DNA from: a virus
Length of the DNA stretch: 64,000 nt
Direction: 5' to 3' (one strand)
Virus record (IMG/VR): IMGVR_UViG_3300045988_160394
Coordinates: 32,001 to 96,000 of that record
Shown here: positions 28,259 through 35,625 of the stretch, one piece after another
Layout: each line of letters begins with the position of its first letter
How positions within the stretch are numbered: position 1 is the first letter of the stretch
Translations under genes and position numbers: made by a program
Notes under the pieces: model-generated
Seen by the model: only the letters and a program-made list of their open reading frames with translations
The model's database searches: none
What the model was told of the DNA's origin: nothing

Positions 28259-30888
28259 TGGCAAAGAATATAGTATTTAATTCAGATGCAAGAGAAAAGA
28301 TAAGACAAGGTGTCAATGTATTAGGAGATGCTGTTAGAGCAACTATGGGACCTAAAGGTAGAAATGCTATCTTAGAAAGAACACCTGGTTCTCCATTAAT
28401 AACTAACGATGGAGTTACTATAGCTAAAGAAATAGAATTAATAGACAATATAGAAAATATGGGAGCTCAAATAGTAAAAGAAGCAGCTATTAAGACTAAT
28501 GATGAGGCAGGAGATGGGCCACAACCTTTATATTCTAAAATATTAACACCTAATGGTTGGACTACTATGGGTGAAATAAAAAAAGGTGATGTTATATGTG
28601 GTACAAATAATACTCATCAAACAGTATTAGAAGTTTATCCTAAAGGGAAAAAAGAATTGGTTATAATTACATTCTCTAATGGCAAACAAGTTCATTGCTG
28701 TCAAGATCATTTATGGACTATAAATACAAGCTATGGAAAAAGAAAAACCATGACAACAAGAGAAATGATAAACAAAGGCGTATACAAACTTAATAGCCAA
28801 GGTGATAAAAGATATAATTTCTATACACCTTCTAACACAGTAGAGTTTCAAGAAAAAGAATTACCGATACATCCATACCTTTTAGGTGCTCTATTAGGAG
28901 ATGGCTCATTAACTGGGACAGGGAATATAGAATTAAGCTTAGGATATAATAAAGAGCACATAATAGAAAAAATATATCCGATATTACCTGACAATATACA
29001 AATATCAATACAGGATTGTTTAGACAAGAATTGTTATAGAGTCAAATTTTCAAAAATAGATAAAACTAATCCTATTTCTATGGAAAGTTTACTTAATGAA
29101 TTAAATCTATTAGGAACTAATAGTAAAAATAAATTTATACCTGAAATTTATTTATATAATTCAGTTGAAAATAGAACACAATTGTTAAATGGTTTAATAG
29201 ATACAGATGGATATAACAATAATAGAGGATTGTTTGAATTTTCTACTGTTAGCGATAAACTTAATGAATCCTTCACAGAATTAGTTAATAGCTTAGGAAT
29301 TCAAACATCATATACTTTACACAAAAGAGATAATGACTTATTATCTTATTCTTTCAATCCTATTCATAGACATACTCAATTAAAAGGTTATAAATATGGA
29401 ATAAAAATAGTAGATATTGAAGTTGTTAATAAACTAGAAGAAATGAAATGTATAAAAGTATCAAATCAAGATAATTTATATATAACAGATGGATATATAG
29501 TAACACACAACACTACTACAGCTACAGTTTTAGCACAAGCAATCATAAATGAAGGTTATAATGCTCTTTCTACAACTGAAGATGTTTCAGAAGAAGAAAA
29601 GAATCAATCTATATACAAAGGTGCCAATCCTGTTTTATTAAAGAAAGGTATAGAAATAGCTACTAAAATAGCAATAGATGAATTAAAAGCTATAGCTAAG
29701 CCTATAGAAACAGATGAAGAAATAAAACAAATAGCAACTATATCTTCTGCTAGTGATGATATAGGAGAATTAATATCTCAAGCTATTAAAAGAGTAGGTA
29801 AAGACGGTATAATTACTACTACTGAATCACATACTATAGAAACTACTTTAGAAGTTAAAGAAGGTTTTGAATTTGACAGAGGTTTTTATTCACCTTACTT
29901 TGCTGATGATCAAGAAAAAATAGAATCTGTTTTTTATAATCCATTAATACTTGTAAGTGATCAAAAGATGAGAACTCAACAAGAAATAGTACCTTTATTA
30001 GAACAAGTGTTAAAAGTTCAAAGACCTATAGTGTTTATAGTTGATGAAATAGAACAAATCGTATTCTCTTCTTTATTAAGAAATAAAATGAATGGGAATA
30101 TGGATGTAGCAGTAATAAAAGCACCTGGATTTGGGGCAAAAAGAAAAGAGCTATTACAAGATATAGCTATTTTAACAGGAGCAACTTTTATATCTGAAGA
30201 ATACGCTTTAACTATGTCAGAAGCTAGAATAAACTTATTAGGTTCATGCGAGTCTATAAAGATAACTAAAAATAATACTATTATATTTAATGGTTCTGGA
30301 GATAAAGAAGAAATAAATAAAAGAGCAGAACACATTAAGAATAGTATTAATGCTGATAATATATCAGAATACGATAAAGAAAAACTAGAAGAAAGATTAG
30401 CTAAAATAACAGGTGGTATAGCTACTATAAAAATAGGAGCTGCTACAGAGCCTGAATTAAAAGAGAAAAAGTTAAGAATAGAAGATGCTATTAATGCCAC
30501 TAAAGCAGCTATAGAAGAAGGAATAGTTGCAGGTGGTGGAACAGCTTTATTTAATCTTTCACCAGTAATATTAGAAAAGACTAAAAACTTAGTAGGAGAT
30601 GTATATCAAGGAGCATTATGTGTAGCATTAGCTGTTAATTCTCCAATAATACAAATAGCTATGAATGCAGGTGTAAATGCTACTAAGGTTATGGAAAATG
30701 TTTTAAAGACAGCTAAAGAAAAAAGCAATCCTAATATAGGATATGATGCTTATAATGATGCTTATGTTGATATGTTAGAAGTAGGAATAATAGATCCTGT
30801 AAAAGTTACTAGAAATGCATTACAAAATGCAGCTTCAGTAGCTGCTATACTGTTAACAACAGATGTAACTATAAGCAACTTTCAATAA
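28258..30888 (+). CDS. groL: GroEL chaperonin interrupted by an intein (545-aa extein)
   Basis: N-terminal AKNIVFN...GPKGRN...AGDG | intein | TTTATVLAQAI...; C-terminal GroEL equatorial domain. Confidence 0.9.
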   Translation: MAKNIVFNSDAREKIRQGVNVLGDAVRATMGPKGRNAILERTPGSPLITNDGVTIAKEIELIDNIENMGAQIVKEAAIKTNDEAGDGPQPLYSKILTPNGWTTMGEIKKGDVICGTNNTHQTVLEVYPKGKKELVIITFSNGKQVHCCQDHLWTINTSYGKRKTMTTREMINKGVYKLNSQGDKRYNFYTPSNTVEFQEKELPIHPYLLGALLGDGSLTGTGNIELSLGYNKEHIIEKIYPILPDNIQISIQDCLDKNCYRVKFSKIDKTNPISMESLLNELNLLGTNSKNKFIPEIYLYNSVENRTQLLNGLIDTDGYNNNRGLFEFSTVSDKLNESFTELVNSLGIQTSYTLHKRDNDLLSYSFNPIHRHTQLKGYKYGIKIVDIEVVNKLEEMKCIKVSNQDNLYITDGYIVTHNTTTATVLAQAIINEGYNALSTTEDVSEEEKNQSIYKGANPVLLKKGIEIATKIAIDELKAIAKPIETDEEIKQIATISSASDDIGELISQAIKRVGKDGIITTTESHTIETTLEVKEGFEFDRGFYSPYFADDQEKIESVFYNPLILVSDQKMRTQQEIVPLLEQVLKVQRPIVFIVDEIEQIVFSSLLRNKMNGNMDVAVIKAPGFGAKRKELLQDIAILTGATFISEEYALTMSEARINLLGSCESIKITKNNTIIFNGSGDKEEINKRAEHIKNSINADNISEYDKEKLEERLAKITGGIATIKIGAATEPELKEKKLRIEDAINATKAAIEEGIVAGGGTALFNLSPVILEKTKNLVGDVYQGALCVALAVNSPIIQIAMNAGVNATKVMENVLKTAKEKSNPNIGYDAYNDAYVDMLEVGIIDPVKVTRNALQNAASVAAILLTTDVTISNFQ
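28519..29511 (+). mobile_element. 331-aa LAGLIDADG intein in GroEL GDG/TTT ATP-binding motif, class-3-like (WCT)
   Basis: Starts Pro (PQPLYSKILTPNGW), block B CQDHLW, LLGALLGDGS and LLNGLIDTDGY, block F KCIKV, ends IVTHN followed by Thr. Confidence 0.85.
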
Positions 30889-30900
30889 ATAAAATATTAA

Positions 30901-30933
30901 GTGGGCAACTAGTTAAGGGGGCCCACTTTTTTT
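30901..30933 (+). terminator. intrinsic terminator after groL
   Basis: gtgggc...gcccac hairpin plus T7. Confidence 0.7.
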
Positions 30934-30965
30934 GTGCTTCGCACTTATTTAAGGAGGTGAATTGT

Positions 30966-31859
30966 ATGTGAGAAAGAAAGCTAACGAATAAACAGAAGAA
31001 AAAAGAAAAACAATTGAAGAAACAAAAAGAAAAAGCTGAAAGAGAACAATTTATTAATAGCTGTATGAAAGAGATTAATGATGAATTAGACAGAAGTTAT
31101 ATTGTAATTGACGATATGCTAGAAAAAATAAGTAAAGATTTTGTTGATTCTGCTATTAAAATAGAAGAATATAAACAGTCACTAATTCATATTGCATACA
31201 GAGATGATTTGGATAAAGAAAGTTATTCAGATTATAAAGAAGTTAAAGATATTATTACTAATATAGAAGAGATTAGAAAAAATATGAATTCTAAATATAT
31301 AGATATGTTTTCTGATAGTACAGAGAATTCTATACTCCAATTAGCAGAAGAATCTATAAATAAAATTGCTGATATTATTAAAAGCATTCAAGCAGATATA
31401 AAAGGCCAAAAGAATGACTTTTTAATACTTTCTATATTATTGGATAGGTCTAAGAGAATATTAGAAGAATATAACACATACATAGTAGAATCTGTCTTAG
31501 AATCTAATCCTTATATTGATGCGTATATAGAAACAGAAGAATCTTATTATAATTTCTTATTAGAAATAGTAGGAGATAAAGAAGATAATCCTGAAGATAT
31601 TACACAAGAAGAAATAAGAAAATACAATGATAGATTAAGAGTAGAATATTCTGATTTATCAAGATTTCTTACTTTAAAGGGATATGTATGCGTTAGACAA
31701 AATAGTACGACTCATGCAATATGGAGAAACGAAGAATTAGGAATATCTGTTCCATTACCTAATAAATCTGGTACAGTTCCACAAGGAACAGTTTCTAAGC
31801 TATTAAGAATAATAAATAGTAATAGATATGAATTAGCAGAATTTATAATGGAGGAATAG
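30966..31859 (+). CDS. coiled-coil protein with C-terminal HicA-like domain; TGA as codon 2
   Basis: ATG 30966 behind aaggagg; C-terminal FLTLKGYVCVRQNSTTHAIW...VPLPNKSGTVPQGTVSKLLR. Confidence 0.55.
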
Positions 31860-31861
31860 TT

Positions 31862-32125
31862 ATGGTTGTATTTGTTATAATAGAAGAAACATTGTTTGAA
31901 AATGAAAATCCATTAAATGAAATTGTATATATAACTTCAAGTAAAGAAGATTGTTTAAGTACTCTTAATAGACAATATCGTTTAGCAATAGCTGATATGT
32001 GCAATAAAGCAGAAGGCGAACTTGACTTAAATAATATGACTTTTATAGTGAAAAGTATTGAAAATAATGATATTATTCGTGGCAGAATAGAACAGCATTA
32101 TGTTTATATGCAAGAGGAGGAATAA
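31862..32125 (+). CDS. small protein, paralogue of next gene
   Basis: Shared C-terminal RGRIEQHYV / TGRIERHVV. Confidence 0.5.
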   Translation: MVVFVIIEETLFENENPLNEIVYITSSKEDCLSTLNRQYRLAIADMCNKAEGELDLNNMTFIVKSIENNDIIRGRIEQHYVYMQEEE

Positions 32126-32127
32126 TC

Positions 32128-32379
32128 ATGGGAAAAGAATATGTATATGTATTAATAGAAGAAAATGATTTAGAAAGTGAAAATTATAGTGAAGTAATAG
32201 CTGTAATGAAAGATAAAAAAAAGATAAGAAAAGAATTAAAAGCTAGAGTAGAAGTAGCTAAAAATGATTTAAATTATAAAGAAGATAGAGATGAAATAGA
32301 TGTTCAAGAAGATAAATTCTATGTAGAGAATAAAACATCTACTATAACAGGAAGAATAGAGAGACACGTTGTTGAATAG
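32128..32379 (+). CDS. small protein, paralogue of previous gene
   Basis: See previous. Confidence 0.5.
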   Translation: MGKEYVYVLIEENDLESENYSEVIAVMKDKKKIRKELKARVEVAKNDLNYKEDRDEIDVQEDKFYVENKTSTITGRIERHVVE

Positions 32380-32394
32380 AAAGGAAGAGATAAT

Positions 32395-32934
32395 ATGATA
32401 ATTAATGAAGTATTTAAAAATGAACAAGAACAATTATTAAATTCTATTGAAAATTTAGCCACTTATAAATGTATAGATAACTTTTTTGATTATATAAGAA
32501 AAGATCCAGAAGAAGATGAAGAAGGATATCTTACATTAGAAGGAACTTTTATAACAAAATTAAATAAAGATGTTAATGGCTTTATAAAAGAAATAGCTAA
32601 AGATTATTATGACAAATTATCTAAAGAGAAAGTTATTGAAGATTTAATAAAACTTTTAGATGAAGGTTCATCTTCTATAGACTATTGTATTGATTGTGGT
32701 GATGGTTCTTATCTAATAGATGATTATTGTACAGAACAAGAAGCCTATCCACTAATAAAGCAATTTATGCTTAAAACATTAAATTCTATTATAAAAGAAA
32801 GAAATGAAAAAGATAAGGAAAGAAGAATTAAGGCACTTATCAATACTATTGATTATACTTCAAATAGTATTGAAGACAACAAGAAAAGGTTAAAAGAAGC
32901 TCAAGAAGAATTAGAAAAATTAAGAGCTGAATAA
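32395..32934 (+). CDS. hypothetical protein
   Basis: ORF track. Confidence 0.55.
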   Translation: MIINEVFKNEQEQLLNSIENLATYKCIDNFFDYIRKDPEEDEEGYLTLEGTFITKLNKDVNGFIKEIAKDYYDKLSKEKVIEDLIKLLDEGSSSIDYCIDCGDGSYLIDDYCTEQEAYPLIKQFMLKTLNSIIKERNEKDKERRIKALINTIDYTSNSIEDNKKRLKEAQEELEKLRAE

Positions 32935-32962
32935 AATAATAATTAAAAAGGAGACGATTGAT

Positions 32963-33514
32963 ATGAAGAATATTTATAGAAACTCAATAGTATTAGGTGA
33001 TTTAGACTATGTTTTATTAAGTTATTTTGATAATATAGATGATAAGATAAGTACTTTAGCTTATAATGATAAATTATTGCCTTTAAGTCAAAGCGATAAT
33101 GGAGCAACAACTATTAATAGCTTACATGTAGTTAATGACTTAATGAAAAGAATACTTAAATTAAAAATAGCTAACAATGGACATTTAGAAAATACTTGTT
33201 TTATAACTATACCTGATAAGTTATGCAAAGCTATACAAAAAGGTTCATATAAAACATGGATAAAGAATAATGGAGTGGCTGGTAATGGTAATAAATTATC
33301 AGAAGTAGAAGTAAAAGAATGGACAGTATTTGCTAATTTATATTCAGAGTTATTTATGGATATAAACTTTAGAAATATAGCACATTATTCTATAAAAGCT
33401 CCTAGATATAATGTTACTTATGTTAATAAACATAAAGAGCTAATAAAGAAGATGAAAGCACATATAAATGCACATAAAGAGCAAGTAATTCATAATTTAA
33501 TAGCTGGAATTTAG
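32963..33514 (+). CDS. hypothetical protein
   Basis: ORF track; aaggagacg RBS. Confidence 0.55.
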   Translation: MKNIYRNSIVLGDLDYVLLSYFDNIDDKISTLAYNDKLLPLSQSDNGATTINSLHVVNDLMKRILKLKIANNGHLENTCFITIPDKLCKAIQKGSYKTWIKNNGVAGNGNKLSEVEVKEWTVFANLYSELFMDINFRNIAHYSIKAPRYNVTYVNKHKELIKKMKAHINAHKEQVIHNLIAGI

Positions 33515-33524
33515 AGGTGGTATT

Positions 33525-33911
33525 ATGATTAAGAATATAGAAAGTCTTCAAAAGATCTTAGAAGAAAGATGGTGCGTACGTAGCATAGAAGAATGTGAAA
33601 AGATATGGCTGAAATATTCTGAAATATATTTAAATGAAAAATGTGGCTATATAAGATCTGATAGAGAATGCTTTGAAGAATCTTTAAATATGGAAGTCAT
33701 TTTAGCTTTAGCAGAAAATTTAGATTTCTTATCTGAATATGCTAAAAACAAAATAAGTCTTCTTAAACAGTTTTCAAATCTTTATGATGATGTAGCAAAA
33801 GATGAAAAAACAAATGAAGATAAAGTAATAAGGTATAAAGAAATAAGCATACTATATTCAGCATTCATAAAAGATATAATAGCCTTAGATGCTTATCATT
33901 ATATACAGTAA
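33525..33911 (+). CDS. hypothetical protein
   Basis: ORF track. Confidence 0.55.
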   Translation: MIKNIESLQKILEERWCVRSIEECEKIWLKYSEIYLNEKCGYIRSDRECFEESLNMEVILALAENLDFLSEYAKNKISLLKQFSNLYDDVAKDEKTNEDKVIRYKEISILYSAFIKDIIALDAYHYIQ

Positions 33912-34044
33912 TGAGAAGAGATTTATATGTATGGTATAAGTCGGTATTAGAGAAGCATATATTAAAAATATGTAAAGATATATAAACATTAAATTCTAAG
34001 GGAGGTACTAAATTCCTCCTTTAGAAAAAAATATAAAAAAAGTA

Positions 34045-34073
34045 TTTACAAACATAAATAAATTTGATATATT
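34045..34073 (+). promoter_or_regulatory. sigma-70-like promoter candidate for the tRNA/ribozyme cluster
   Basis: TTTACA - 17 nt - TATATT, about 55 nt upstream of first tRNA; such matches are frequent in AT-rich DNA. Confidence 0.3.
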
Positions 34074-34128
34074 ATTTGTGGGACAAGTTTTAACAAATAA
34101 TATCGTAAATAAATATCAAATTTAAATT

Positions 34129-34247
34129 GCGGGTTTCACGTAGTTTGGTTAGCGTTCTGGTCTTCAAAACCAGTGACAGGCACCATGTTCGACATGCTTT
34201 AATGTTTTGGTTATAAGTCTGCGGGGGTTCGAATCCCTCAACCCGTG
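34129..34247 (+). tRNA. tRNA with anticodon UCA (UGA-decoding, Trp-like anticodon arm), 49-nt insertion in variable region, no encoded CCA
   Basis: Acceptor gcgggtt/aacccgt, D arm acgt/gcgt, anticodon arm ctggt-cttcaaa-accag (anticodon 34164..34166), T arm ggggg-ttcgaat-ccctc. Confidence 0.6.
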
Positions 34248-34317
34248 GTCTCTCATTTAGTAAGCCTCCACGTTGGCGAGAGACGGAAACAAAATTACTA
34301 TTTTGGCTAATTACTAA
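34248..34317 (+). ncRNA. HDV-like (theta-type) self-cleaving ribozyme abutting the tRNA 3' end
   Basis: P1 gtctctc/gagagac, P2 ttagtaa/ttactaa, P3 gcc/ggc with L3 tccacgtt, GG for P1.1, short P4 caaaa/ttttg, J4/2 gCtaa. Confidence 0.8.
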
Positions 34318-34339
34318 GAAATCTTTATGGAGGGTTTAT

Positions 34340-34966
34340 ATGGAAGGTTATATTTATAAAATAACTAATAGCTTAAATAATAAATGTTATATAGGCAAAA
34401 CATATAAATCTATCCAACAAAGATGGAAAGAACATTTAAAATCCTGTAAAAAAGGAGAATGTTCTAATAGACCTTTATACAAGGCTATTAATAAATACGG
34501 TGTTGGCAACTTTTCTATAGAAGAATTAGGAAAGTTTGAAGAAGGTATTTTAGAAGAAAAAGAAATATATTATATAGATAAATATGATTCATATAATAAT
34601 GGCTATAACGCTACATTAGGTGGAGATGGGAAAAGATATTTCCAATATACCGATAAAGAAGTTATAGATGAATACCTTAAAACTAAAAACTTAAATATAA
34701 CATCAAAATACTTCAATTGTGATGTAGATACTATAAAAAGAATATTAGAATCTAATAGTATCGAAACATTAACAGCTAAAGAATCTATAAAAAATACTTA
34801 TGGAAGAACAGTATTAAAATATTCTTTAGATGAAGAGTTAATAGCTAAATATGAAACAGTTTCTGACGCAGCTAAAGAATTTGATAAAGGCTCTCCTGGT
34901 TCAATATCAAGATGTTGCAGAGGATTAAGAAAGACATATAAAGGTTTCATATGGAGATATTCTTAG
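34340..34966 (+). CDS. GIY-YIG homing endonuclease (I-TevI-like)
   Basis: GYIYKITN...CYIGKT...RWKEH...YNATLGGDG. Confidence 0.85.
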   Translation: MEGYIYKITNSLNNKCYIGKTYKSIQQRWKEHLKSCKKGECSNRPLYKAINKYGVGNFSIEELGKFEEGILEEKEIYYIDKYDSYNNGYNATLGGDGKRYFQYTDKEVIDEYLKTKNLNITSKYFNCDVDTIKRILESNSIETLTAKESIKNTYGRTVLKYSLDEELIAKYETVSDAAKEFDKGSPGSISRCCRGLRKTYKGFIWRYS

Positions 34967-35044
34967 TAATAAAGACTTTTTCATACATACATTTCTCATA
35001 ATTGAGTAATATAGGTCACAAGTTGAAATATATTTGTGACTAGC

Positions 35045-35122
35045 GTCTTTCAACTAACAAGCCTCCTCGTGGCGAAAGATGGAAACAGATAGAAGTAAAA
35101 TAATTATCTGGCTAATTGTTAG
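35045..35122 (+). ncRNA. second HDV-like ribozyme copy, just upstream of tRNA-Gln
   Basis: P1 gtctttc/gaaagat (G.U at cleavage site), P2 ctaacaa/ttgttag, P3 gcc/ggc, L3 tcctcgt, P4 agata/tatct, J4/2 ggCtaa; stems co-vary with copy 1. Confidence 0.75.
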
Positions 35123-35129
35123 AAAATAT

Positions 35130-35204
35130 TGCGGTATAGCCAAGTGGAAAGGCAGCTGACTTTGACTCAGCTATGCGTAGGTTCAATTCCTACTACCGCT
35201 GCCA
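35130..35204 (+). tRNA. tRNA-Gln (UUG), CCA encoded
   Basis: Cloverleaf folded by hand; anticodon loop cttTTGac; U1.U72 mismatch. Confidence 0.8.
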
Positions 35205-35208
35205 ATAA

Positions 35209-35285
35209 TGTGGTGTAGCTCAATCGGTTAGAGCATACGTCTGATAAGCGTAAGGTTACAAGTTCAATTCTTGTCACCACAACCA
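35209..35285 (+). tRNA. tRNA-Ile (GAU), CCA encoded
   Basis: Acceptor tgtggtg/caccaca, loop ctGATaa. Confidence 0.9.
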
Positions 35286-35341
35286 CAACTAGATTAAAAT
35301 ATTCTAGTAAAAATATATGGTGTATATATTTGCGATGTAAA

Positions 35342-35434
35342 TAAGATAAAGCTCAGCCAGGTTAGAGCACATGGGTTATTATGAGGCATTGTAATAATAC
35401 TTTGGAGTCGTGGGTTCAAATCCCACTATCTTAT
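35342..35434 (+). tRNA. tRNA-like element with canonical acceptor, D and T arms but 18 extra nt in the anticodon region
   Basis: Acceptor taagata/tatctta, D gctc/gagc, T gtggg/cccac; anticodon not assignable. Confidence 0.4.
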
Positions 35435-35443
35435 TTATATTAA

Positions 35444-35520
35444 TGCGGTATAGCTTAGTTGGTAAAAGCCCTCGATTCATAACCGAGAGATCACAAGTTC
35501 GAATCTTGTTACCGCAACCA
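35444..35520 (+). tRNA. tRNA (CAU): elongator Met or Ile2, CCA encoded
   Basis: Acceptor tgcggta/taccgca, loop ttCATaa; no initiator features. Confidence 0.85.
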
Positions 35521-35530
35521 TTATATTAAA

Positions 35531-35625
35531 GGTTGATTCTCCAGCCTGGAGGTGAGAAGTTGATAAAACACTCACTAAACGCCATAAAAGGTAATCACGA
35601 ATGTGAGCGTGTGATTAACTATTTT
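35531..35625 (+). ncRNA. orphan third copy of the tracrRNA-like scaffold, between two tRNAs
   Basis: ggttgattctccagcct..gtgag..ctcactaaacgcc..gcgtgt collinear with 19721 and 20085 copies. Confidence 0.45.

Noticed and set aside
28519-29511. GroEL insert as an assembly chimera or domain fusion
   Set aside because: The reading frame is continuous and the insert has all intein blocks plus LAGLIDADG motifs. Its excision regenerates the invariant GDGTTT motif and a 545-aa GroEL.
33996-34024. 10-bp hairpin ctaagggagg/cctcctttag as a terminator
   Set aside because: It is followed by an A-run, not a T-tract, and the minus-strand orientation has no gene to terminate. It is kept only as an unexplained stem-loop upstream of the tRNA promoter candidate.
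34129-34247. Reading the UCA tRNA as tRNA-Sec, or TGA as Gly (code 25)
   Set aside because: The D arm (4 bp, 10-nt loop) and the 7-bp acceptor are not Sec-like, and no SECIS-like hairpins follow the TGA codons. The TGA positions align with hydrophobic or Trp positions (the conserved W in Vsr-like nucleases, an L/W position in sigma region 2) rather than Gly, and the anticodon arm resembles tRNA-Trp.
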